DNA of 32,000 nucleotides from Formosa sp. Hel1_33_131. GTDB lineage: Bacteria; Bacteroidota; Bacteroidia; Flavobacteriales; Flavobacteriaceae. The stretch is taken from NCBI RefSeq assembly GCF_001735745.1, contig NZ_CP017260.1:2580001-2612000 (forward strand), given 5' to 3'. Below the pieces are notes generated by a model that saw nothing but the letters and a program-made list of their open reading frames with translations, did no database searches and had not been told where the DNA came from. This document shows positions 25,503-32,000 of this stretch, piece by piece. Both the position numbers and the translations under genes were made by a program. The stretch's first letter is position 1, and every line of letters begins with the position of its first letter.

Positions 25503-25721
25503 TTATTGTTTTAAGTTTTCTAAAGCCTTGATAGCATATTCATTGTTTAATTTTGCTAATTGCTTCAATTTTTTTAGGTCTGTTACATAATAATTAGGTC
25601 GACCATTATACCATTTTGTTCCTTTTTTTACGATTAAGCTCTTATCCTTCAAATCGCTCTCATAATTGCTATGATTGAATTTGCTGACCTTGCAAAAATC
25701 TCTAAATTGTGATACGCACAT
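25503..25721 (-). CDS. Hypothetical early protein
   Basis: 72-aa ORF, co-oriented, with a 3-nt gap to the next gene. Confidence 0.45.
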   Translation of the reverse strand: MCVSQFRDFCKVSKFNHSNYESDLKDKSLIVKKGTKWYNGRPNYYVTDLKKLKQLAKLNNEYAIKALENLKQ

Positions 25722-25755
25722 TGTCTATTATTTTAGTTGTTTCTAGGTTGCTTAT

Positions 25756-26007
25756 TTACAGGATTACTGTTTTTAATTTTTTAATGAGTTCTATGTTTAT
25801 AGGTTTAATGCCATCCTCAATAATCTCGTAATTTGAAAATTGTGAGGTTATTTTATTATCTCGATATTCATTAATAATCTCAATAAAAGAGGTTTTTGTT
25901 TTAATTTCTGCAACCCTATAAGCAAAGCCATCATCGCATTCATCGCTAATTTTTGGTAGTAGTATAAATCCTAATTCTATTAATTGTTTGTCCGTTAAGT
26001 GTTTCAT
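25756..26007 (-). CDS. Hypothetical early protein
   Basis: 83-aa co-oriented ORF. Confidence 0.45.
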   Translation of the reverse strand: MKHLTDKQLIELGFILLPKISDECDDGFAYRVAEIKTKTSFIEIINEYRDNKITSQFSNYEIIEDGIKPINIELIKKLKTVIL

Positions 26008-26011
26008 TATT

Positions 26012-26719
26012 TTATTGTTTTATTGTTTTACGTTTTCGTTTTAGTATATCTAAATAGGGTTTGCGACCTGGGTTCTTACTCCAGTCTAAAATGGTGTCTT
26101 CTAGCATTTGTCGATCCATATACGCAGTAATCTTGTCTATGTAATTTTCTACACGCTTCACAAAGTTTTTCTTTTCTATTTTGGCATATGACTTTTTTAC
26201 ATCATCCATTGTGGTTGGGATGCTATTACGTTCGTTTTTTTGCGTGTTGTATTTTTGTTCTCGTAATTCCGCTTTTTTGTCTAAATACTTAGGGTACCAT
26301 TCGCCAAAAATTAGATTGCTATCGATACTTTTTTTAGCAACTCCAAACTTCCCAGAGCGACACATTTTAAAAAACAGTATGACATCCTCTAGGCTCTCAT
26401 AAGCAAAGTTTTCTAGGGTATCGACTGTAAGACTATCTATTTGATCTGCATTTAGTTTGGTGGTAAAAGCAAAGGAGTCAATAAAACGAGTAACCAACAC
26501 ATTCACAACGCTAAAGCCAACACTACTATGATCACCTATAAAAACACTTCTTAAATGAGGCTTTGAAAAGGTTTCGTTTATTGTTAAACCCATTTCAATC
26601 TGTGCTAATTTAGCGTTGCCCTCAATGATGCTTTTACTTAAACTTAAAGTTTCGCCCTGTCTCGCTTTCCATTGCGGATTTAAAGACCTGCTGGTTTGTT
26701 TTATTAACGCCTTTGACAT
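26012..26719 (-). CDS. Hypothetical early protein (start uncertain; alternative ATG at 26593)
   Basis: 235-aa ORF. Its first 86 nt overlap the upstream ORF. Confidence 0.5.
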   Translation of the reverse strand: MSKALIKQTSRSLNPQWKARQGETLSLSKSIIEGNAKLAQIEMGLTINETFSKPHLRSVFIGDHSSVGFSVVNVLVTRFIDSFAFTTKLNADQIDSLTVDTLENFAYESLEDVILFFKMCRSGKFGVAKKSIDSNLIFGEWYPKYLDKKAELREQKYNTQKNERNSIPTTMDDVKKSYAKIEKKNFVKRVENYIDKITAYMDRQMLEDTILDWSKNPGRKPYLDILKRKRKTIKQ

Positions 26720-27197
26720 TGATTAATATTTTATTGATTTGACTACTTATGAATTTTAAATCGGCACTTTTTTTATAGAAGTTATCCAGTTTGTGCCAAT
26801 TCTGTAAAATGATTTTCCAAAGCTGTAATGCCTCTTTTTCATCTTGCGATATCTCAGTAAGGTATTTTATGATAGCCTTTAAGCTTCTGCCATCTGTAGC
26901 ATTAAAACGAGGCTTTATTTTCATAAAATCATCATAAAAAGCAAACCATTCATCCAGAAATTCTGTGTACAAACTTTTCACTTTTATTATAGGCGAAATA
27001 ATAATTAAGTGACCTAAATTTTGGGTGTGCTGCTCTATAGCTTTTTCTGTTGGCGGTATTAATGCACCAATACTTTTTACTTGTGCATCTGTTAGCTTAC
27101 CTGTTAGTTTTTCTACTTTCAAAAAAGTATTATTACGATAGGTTACTTTTAAATTAGTACTGCAACTCTTTATGTGTATTTTGTAATGATTAGTCAT
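26634..27197 (-). CDS. Hypothetical early protein
   Basis: 187-aa co-oriented ORF. Confidence 0.5.
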   Translation of the reverse strand: MTNHYKIHIKSCSTNLKVTYRNNTFLKVEKLTGKLTDAQVKSIGALIPPTEKAIEQHTQNLGHLIIISPIIKVKSLYTEFLDEWFAFYDDFMKIKPRFNATDGRSLKAIIKYLTEISQDEKEALQLWKIILQNWHKLDNFYKKSADLKFISSQINKILINVKGVNKTNQQVFKSAMESETGRNFKFK

Positions 27198-27215
27198 TGC
27201 TGTTTTTTTATGATA

Positions 27216-27353
27216 CTAACAATCTACTTCTGTGTTTAACACTTGCTTGCAATCATCACAAATGGTAAGAACTGTTTCGCATGTACAAGAAACAGATGTT
27301 ACTTTTAACTGTTTGTTGCGATGCTTGCAATTTATATGAAGCCCTTTATCCAT
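27216..27353 (-). CDS. Cys-rich 45-aa miniprotein (not in the ORF track)
   Basis: My translation is MDKGLHINCKHRNKQLKVTSVSCTCETVLTICDDCKQVLNTEVDC*. It has six Cys and fills an otherwise empty 159-nt gap. Confidence 0.35.
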   Translation of the reverse strand: MDKGLHINCKHRNKQLKVTSVSCTCETVLTICDDCKQVLNTEVDC

Positions 27354-27356
27354 GGA

Positions 27357-27821
27357 TTAAATTGCTACTTGTTTTTTGTTGTATTGATCTACCATTTTTT
27401 CTAACACCACTATTGTGGTGCTTACTTCGTTGGTTGTCATTTCGTTTAAAGGCTTCTTAATTGGTGCTTTCGTTTGCAACCAATTACCAAAGCGTACCAT
27501 ATCTGCGAAGTATCTATTACTTTCATCACTTTTATAGTGCCATTCCATTTGCATTAACAGGCTAAGAATGTTCATGTGCGATTTCTTCTTATAATTGAAT
27601 TTCTGCCACTTATCAAGCCTTACAAAGGGTCTTTTAAACGGTGTTGCACCAAGAGACACTAAAGCATCGTTTGCTTCTGAAAAAGTTAGCTGCTTTGTGC
27701 TTGTGCGTTCTGGGTCGTTCGTAATGCTGTACACAAATGCCTTTTTTTGTTCTGGATCTGCAATTACTTCTCTAGGCAATACGGCATGAAGTACTTTTAT
27801 TTGATCTTTAGTTATTTGCAT
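27357..27821 (-). CDS. GemA-like protein (Mu gp16 / DUF1018-like)
   Basis: QIKVLHAVLP...KKAFVYSITNDPERTSTKQLTFSEANDALVSLG, together with the second-half pattern, matches my recollection of the family. Confidence 0.5.
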   Translation of the reverse strand: MQITKDQIKVLHAVLPREVIADPEQKKAFVYSITNDPERTSTKQLTFSEANDALVSLGATPFKRPFVRLDKWQKFNYKKKSHMNILSLLMQMEWHYKSDESNRYFADMVRFGNWLQTKAPIKKPLNEMTTNEVSTTIVVLEKMVDQYNKKQVAI

Positions 27822-27975
27822 TGCTATCTATTGATTTTATATGCTCTTGAAAAGCACGGATTTCATTTATAGAAAGCTCTTGGGATGCTATCCACTTGCC
27901 GTTACTATCTTTATAAACTGATTTTTGGTTTACCGTAATTTCATCATCAGTTATTTGTGTTATTTCTACTGCCAT
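27808..27975 (-). CDS. 55-aa hypothetical protein (not in the ORF track)
   Basis: My translation is MAVEITQITDDEITVNQKSVYKDSNGKWIASQELSINEIRAFQEHIKSIDSNANN*. Its end overlaps the GemA-like start. Confidence 0.35.
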   Translation of the reverse strand: MAVEITQITDDEITVNQKSVYKDSNGKWIASQELSINEIRAFQEHIKSIDSNANN

Positions 27976-28057
27976 TGGTGTCCGTTTTTAAGTAATTAAT
28001 ATTTTTTCCTGTCTCAGCCGAAACCTTATACAAGTACATTCGCAATAAATATAAATA

Positions 28058-28144
28058 GTAGCACTGCAGGAATCGAACCTACCCCGTCCTGCCGTAAGTG
28101 ATAGTGTACATTTGCCCAGTGCATTAGCCCACCGCTTAGTGCTA
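28058..28144 (-). tRNA. tRNA-like gene, 87 nt, isotype undetermined (non-canonical anticodon arm)
   Basis: Reverse complement: 7-bp acceptor TAGCACT/AGTGCTA. T arm GTAGG-TTCGATT-CCTGC. Possible D arm GGTG-GGCTAATG-CACT. No CCA is encoded. Confidence 0.5.
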
Positions 28145-28156
28145 CTATTTTAGGTT

Positions 28157-28861
28157 TCAAATGCTAGATATATTTAAGTCTACATTTTGATATTCGCCAT
28201 TGCTGTTTTTTTGCCAAACTCTAAAGTAGGTTTTGGTTTTAGGGCGTCTAATTGCAGAATTAATAAGTGCCACAGCTTCAGAAAACAAAGGATCCTTAAC
28301 TTTACTTTCATATCTGGTTAAATTCATCACGCTTTTTACGTCCAAATTGCCTTTGCGCTGGGTTTCAAATGCGTTTATAACCATTTCTTTTACGAATACA
28401 TTCTTGCTGGTAATATTGGCATCTAAAAAGGTATCAAATTTTTGCTTTGCTTTTGTAATAGCCAATTCATCAAATTGTATGGGTTGGTTAACAGATACTT
28501 CAATTTTGATGCTTCTATTAAAGTTGAACCAAGTAAAGTTGCCTTTGGTTTCTCTGTTGGTTGTTTTCTCGTCCATATAAGCATCATATACTTCTTGTGA
28601 TAAATCACGTATTGTGTCTTTAAAAACGGCTAACCTTTCGTTAATTGTAAGGGCTTCTTTTAATAGTTTTGCGCTTGAGCGTTCCATAAGCCTTTCAGCT
28701 TTTGTTATTCTATTTACTGGTATGTGTATACCAGCTTCATCCATCCATTCTTTGTCTTTTACTAGGTGTGTTGTTGCTGTAAGTTTTATTTTTTTCATTG
28801 TGTTATGTATTAAGGTTATTGGTTCTATTACTTCGATGTTATTAATGCGATTTTTATTCAT
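28157..28861 (-). CDS. DUF3164-like Mu-family early protein
   Basis: The C-terminal KTYFRVWQKNSNGEYQNVDLNI, the overall size and the position fit the family as I recall it. I prefer ATG 28861 (MNKNRINN) over 28921 to reduce the overlap. Confidence 0.45.
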   Translation of the reverse strand: MNKNRINNIEVIEPITLIHNTMKKIKLTATTHLVKDKEWMDEAGIHIPVNRITKAERLMERSSAKLLKEALTINERLAVFKDTIRDLSQEVYDAYMDEKTTNRETKGNFTWFNFNRSIKIEVSVNQPIQFDELAITKAKQKFDTFLDANITSKNVFVKEMVINAFETQRKGNLDVKSVMNLTRYESKVKDPLFSEAVALINSAIRRPKTKTYFRVWQKNSNGEYQNVDLNISSI

Positions 28862-29156
28862 AGTCACTTGGTTTAAAGGTTTTCCAGCAGCACCTATCTT
28901 CGTCAAACACTTCCAAAACACGATCTGGGTTATACCGTAATTCTGGACGTTCCCATTTGGCTTCTAATACCAAATGCCCTAGTATATCTACCCGTTCTGG
29001 TGGGGTGTTAATTGGAAATTCAACAATATCTTTTTGGTTAAGTGCTAAAGCCCATTGTTTGTGTAAGTAGCTTCGTTCAGCAATAGATAGTTGGGGCTTA
29101 ATGTTATCGAATCCTAAAATGTTAAGGCAGTATTGTATGTAGCGGTGTTTATTCAT
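28854..29156 (-). CDS. Hypothetical early protein
   Basis: 100-aa ORF with a TAATG overlap with the upstream small ORF. Confidence 0.5.
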   Translation of the reverse strand: MNKHRYIQYCLNILGFDNIKPQLSIAERSYLHKQWALALNQKDIVEFPINTPPERVDILGHLVLEAKWERPELRYNPDRVLEVFDEDRCCWKTFKPSDYE

Positions 29157-29332
29157 TAAGCTTCGATGGTTTTTAAAGTTGGGTTTTCGTCAAAATGTGA
29201 TATTTTGGTTGTATAATAATTTAGTGATCCCTCAATTCGTTTTTTTTCTGTAACACCAACCGTGTTTTGATATTTATAGTTAAGCTGAGCTAGCTTTTTT
29301 TCTAATTGATTTTTTGTATATGGTGTTTTCAT
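29156..29332 (-). CDS. 58-aa hypothetical protein (not in the ORF track)
   Basis: I translated it codon by codon: MKTPYTKNQLEKKLAQLNYKYQNTVGVTEKKRIEGSLNYYTTKISHFDENPTLKTIEA*. It has TAATG overlaps at both ends. Confidence 0.4.
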   Translation of the reverse strand: MKTPYTKNQLEKKLAQLNYKYQNTVGVTEKKRIEGSLNYYTTKISHFDENPTLKTIEA

Positions 29333-29676
29333 TATGCGCTTTGTTTTAAGGTGGCTTTAATCGTTTTTAAAAGCACTCGTGGATAATAATTTTCTATGAC
29401 AGCAGGATATGTTTTAAATAGATCCCAAAAAACTTTTGTGTTGTTGTTTGCTATAGTTATGTAGTCTCTATTGTCTTCAATAAATGCGTCTTCTACTTGT
29501 GTTTTAAACTGCTTTAAATACCAGTTAAATAGGCTTTCGTTGTTTACTAATGTTTTTAATGGGATGTTATAAGCAGAATACAGCATACACCAGTCGATGT
29601 AGCATTTAAACACCAAATCTGTATACATGGCCTGGTCCGTGCCAATTAGCTTTATTATTTTTTCTTGATTTGTCAT
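29332..29676 (-). CDS. Hypothetical early protein
   Basis: 114-aa co-oriented ORF. Confidence 0.5.
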   Translation of the reverse strand: MTNQEKIIKLIGTDQAMYTDLVFKCYIDWCMLYSAYNIPLKTLVNNESLFNWYLKQFKTQVEDAFIEDNRDYITIANNNTKVFWDLFKTYPAVIENYYPRVLLKTIKATLKQSA

Positions 29677-29680
29677 TGTC

Positions 29681-29842
29681 TTAAAAATTATATGGTCTGT
29701 ATGCTATATTGCTAAAATCAGATTCAGTATATGCGGGGCTTTCATTTTTAAATTTTCTTGATTGATTTTCCCAATGCATGCCCAAAGCTTCAATTAATCT
29801 TCTATTTGATTCTGCTATTAATTCTGCATGATAATTATCCAT
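29681..29842 (-). CDS. 53-aa hypothetical protein (not in the ORF track)
   Basis: My translation is MDNYHAELIAESNRRLIEALGMHWENQSRKFKNESPAYTESDFSNIAYRPYNF*. It fills the gap after the ATPase gene. Confidence 0.35.
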   Translation of the reverse strand: MDNYHAELIAESNRRLIEALGMHWENQSRKFKNESPAYTESDFSNIAYRPYNF

Positions 29843-29845
29843 TTC

Positions 29846-30490
29846 TTATCGTTTTAAATCGTTCCAATACTCTTGTGCGCCTTGTTCCCAAATCACAAAA
29901 GGTTTTAAATGAATACCTCGCGCAGCTCTGCTTTTTGCCCTAGCAATAAAGCCTTCTACATCTATTTTAACATCCGCGTCATACCAAACCGCTTTTGCTA
30001 AGGCACCAGATGCTTGTTTGCCATCGTTGTGGCTTATAAAAATTAATAGTGTATTAGGTATTGCTGCTTGCATCTTTTTATAATCTTGCTTGGTCATAAA
30101 TGTGTACTGTATGCTGTCTATAATTGCAATACGTGGTGCACCTTTTTTTTGTAGTCTTGCGACCATTTCTGGCATTGGTTCCCGATGCAATAAGATTAAA
30201 CAGCCTTTTGGTAGCTGGTCCATATGCATCTCTTTAAATGCATCTTGCATACTTTTACGTGCGCCTTCTTCTAATGAGTTGTAAGCCACTTTACCGTATT
30301 TCGACAACTCTTTTATAAGCTGCAGCACAAAAGTAGTTTTACCGTTAGCAGAAGCTCCTTTGATCATCCATGTGCCACTTGCTTCTGGGGTGCCTATTAA
30401 TTCTCTAAACCGTCCTGTTAGAGGTATTTCAATGAACTTTGTTTTTAATAATTCTTCTACTGATATTGCCTTTTTACGCTGCTTTGCCAT
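29846..30490 (-). CDS. RecA-superfamily P-loop ATPase (DnaB-C / KaiC / Sak4-like core)
   Basis: Walker A GASANGKTT, a VAYNSLEEG motif (SLEM-type), and Walker B RIAIIDSIQ. 214 aa, a core-only size. Confidence 0.55.
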   Translation of the reverse strand: MAKQRKKAISVEELLKTKFIEIPLTGRFRELIGTPEASGTWMIKGASANGKTTFVLQLIKELSKYGKVAYNSLEEGARKSMQDAFKEMHMDQLPKGCLILLHREPMPEMVARLQKKGAPRIAIIDSIQYTFMTKQDYKKMQAAIPNTLLIFISHNDGKQASGALAKAVWYDADVKIDVEGFIARAKSRAARGIHLKPFVIWEQGAQEYWNDLKR

Positions 30491-30496
30491 CTAACT

Positions 30497-31360
30497 TTAT
30501 GCAGATTTCTTTTGGTTTGCTTTTAGTTTTATTTTTATTTTATCAATATCACGGCGTACACGTCTTAAATCACCTTCGCTATTGTGATATATAAAAGACA
30601 CATCATCGCCATCTGTAATGCCATTCGCATTGCATATTTGCTTTACATCTTGTTCTGTTATTGGTGCAAGCTTTATAAACTTTTTACCAATACGACTGTA
30701 TAATTCTGCATAGCCGATTTTTTCACGATTAACGCCCTTTATTATTCGCTTTTCCAAAGCTTCAACACCACTAACAACAAAACCACAGTGCCCGCTTAAA
30801 TCGTTATAGAAGTCCATAAACAGATCTAGTTGTGGATCCTTAAGCTTGTCAAACTGATCTATGATTAAAAGCGGTGTATCTAAACCTTTTAAATGCTTTA
30901 TAAATCGGTTAATGAGTTCTTCTGTAGTTCCTATTGAACTTAGGCCCGTATTAATTAAAAGCTGTTTTATGTAGCTTTTTTTGGTCCAATAGTTTTTACA
31001 TTCTACATAAATCACATTTTCGTGGTCCCGCTCAAAATTTATAAAGGCTTCTGTTTTGCCTTTACCAGCACTATCGCTAATGCCAATACTTAAACTTTCA
31101 GATTTTGCAACGCTCAGCAATTGTTTAACTTGTAAAAAGTTGTGTGTTTTTGCAATGTTCCACTTTGGATCTATACGCAAAGTCACTTGTACTTTTCGCC
31201 AGAGGGCATCACTAATAAGTTTCCAATTGTTGTTAAGCATTTGGCTAATAGTGGCCGAAGACACATCCGCTTGTAAAGCCAACTGATTTTGGCTGGTTTT
31301 AGTACTACGTCTTGAAAGTTCGTTTGCAATAAGTGTTTTGTGTTCTTTTGATAGTTGCAT
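30497..31360 (-). CDS. MuB-like transposition target/activator AAA+ ATPase
   Basis: N-terminal HTH (NQLALQADVSSATISQMLNN), Walker A SDSAGKGKTEA, Walker B LLIIDQFDKL. It lies directly downstream of the transposase. Confidence 0.75.
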   Translation of the reverse strand: MQLSKEHKTLIANELSRRSTKTSQNQLALQADVSSATISQMLNNNWKLISDALWRKVQVTLRIDPKWNIAKTHNFLQVKQLLSVAKSESLSIGISDSAGKGKTEAFINFERDHENVIYVECKNYWTKKSYIKQLLINTGLSSIGTTEELINRFIKHLKGLDTPLLIIDQFDKLKDPQLDLFMDFYNDLSGHCGFVVSGVEALEKRIIKGVNREKIGYAELYSRIGKKFIKLAPITEQDVKQICNANGITDGDDVSFIYHNSEGDLRRVRRDIDKIKIKLKANQKKSA

Positions 31361-31378
31361 AATAATTAGGTTATTAGT

Positions 31379-32000
31379 TTATAGTAAATCGAATACTGAT
31401 GCAGCTTCTACCGCATTGCGTTCTTTTTTTGGTAGTTTGCCACCCATTTTTATTTTAAATTCTTGATCTTCTATTAATTGTTCTGGAGTAATACCAGTTT
31501 CACGCTGTATTTGCTCCATTTGCTTTTTAGCTTTGGCTTCTTCAACTTTACGGACTTCATAGTCTTTTGCAAATTGGGCTTTATCGCCTTCAGTCATTAA
31601 AGCAGGTATTTGCTGTTGCTTGTGTACTGGTTGTGCATCTGCTATAAATTTGGTATCGCCATTTGGAAGTTTAGCGTACAGACTTACATAATTATCTAGT
31701 TGGTCTGGGTCGTACTTTACAAAGAATTTCGAGCCAACGTAACGTTCTCTGAAGCGTAAATCAACATTGTCATTGGCATCGTATACCTCGAAATGATACT
31801 TTTTATTGGCGATTTGAACTTTAATTCCATCGGCTTTGTATGTAATGGTATCGTTCGTATAAATCCAAAACAAATCTATCATGTCCAGATAGTTCATTTT
31901 TTCTTGCATTATTGGTTCATGGTTGTAAACCTCATTGCGTGTTTCGTTAAACTTTGGATGTTTGGCGTTATTCCATTCGTTAACCGAAATTTTAAAAGCT
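31379..32000 (-). CDS. MuA-type DDE transposase, C-terminal part (N-terminus outside the window)
   Basis: I translated 31910-32000 in frame (…AFKISVNEWNNAKHPKFNETRNEVYNHEPI-MQEK…) and found no stop. GSKFFVKYDPDQLDNYVSLY fits the Mu transposase C-terminal barrel motif. Confidence 0.7.
   Translation of the reverse strand, partial: AFKISVNEWNNAKHPKFNETRNEVYNHEPIMQEKMNYLDMIDLFWIYTNDTITYKADGIKVQIANKKYHFEVYDANDNVDLRFRERYVGSKFFVKYDPDQLDNYVSLYAKLPNGDTKFIADAQPVHKQQQIPALMTEGDKAQFAKDYEVRKVEEAKAKKQMEQIQRETGITPEQLIEDQEFKIKMGGKLPKKERNAVEAASVFDLL

Larger units (their letters stand above)
1..32000. mobile_element. Internal segment of a Mu-like transposable myovirus (prophage or phage genome); both ends lie outside the window
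   Basis: Adjacent MuA-type transposase C-terminal domain and MuB-like ATPase. GemA-like, DUF3164-like, gp36/DUF1320-like and MuF-like proteins. Complete contractile-tail module. Almost no non-phage coding space. Confidence 0.75.

Noticed and set aside
28053-28150. tRNA-like element considered as a tRNA-derived attachment-site remnant
   Set aside because: The phage carries MuA/MuB-type transposition genes and no tyrosine or serine integrase is visible. The element is internal to the early operon, and both acceptor strands are present with 13 bp of complementarity. It is therefore not a 3'-half att scar.
28862-28921. N-terminal 20-aa extension of the DUF3164-like ORF
   Set aside because: It would overlap the upstream gene by 68 nt. 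ATG 28861 gives the short overlap typical of this operon. The start remains uncertain, and ATG 28798 is also possible.
1-32000. CRISPR arrays, rRNA genes, IS elements, and known defence-system signatures (RT, Cas, nuclease/helicase giants)
   Set aside because: I saw no regularly spaced direct repeats, no rRNA-like sequence, and no large ORFs with such motifs. Apart from the Mu-type transposase, every long ORF is accounted for by the phage modules.

Overview
The window is almost entirely one phage genome segment: a Mu-like (transposable) contractile-tailed phage or prophage, with neither end inside the window. The host looks like Bacteroidota/Flavobacteriia. This rests on roughly 37% GC in my spot counts, no Shine-Dalgarno sequences, and signal peptides of the MKKLLLIALLFSFSLSQAQ type; it is an inference. 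Layout: (i) 32000->24717 (- strand) is the early operon: MuA-type transposase C-terminus (open to the window edge), MuB-like AAA+ ATPase, a RecA-superfamily ATPase, DUF3164-like and GemA-like proteins, a tRNA-like gene, and many small tightly overlapping ORFs, four of them below the ORF-track size cutoff. (ii) 24716->23012 (- strand) is an AT-rich accessory island: a 296-aa orphan, a secreted 130-aa protein and a small HTH-like protein. (iii) 16593->22997 (+ strand) is the packaging and head-accessory module: TerS, TerL, gp36-like, portal, MuF-like, gpG/gp10-like. It is inverted relative to the rest. (iv) 16421->1 (- strand) holds the ClpP-type protease/scaffold, major capsid, amidase endolysin plus a unimolecular spanin, sheath, tube, frameshifted tail chaperones, tape measure, baseplate and tail fibres. 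Observations most worth follow-up: a 10-A slippery run at the portal stop whose -1 frame runs without a stop into the ATG-less MuF gene, giving a possible recoded portal-MuF fusion; an 87-nt tRNA-like gene with a canonical T arm and acceptor stem but no canonical anticodon arm; the AT-rich orphan island as a candidate exclusion or defence moron; the inverted packaging module with a TGGTAG-repeat divergent control region; and a u-spanin/amidase lysis pair with no obvious holin. All functional calls come from motifs, size and synteny read by eye. No homology search was possible.
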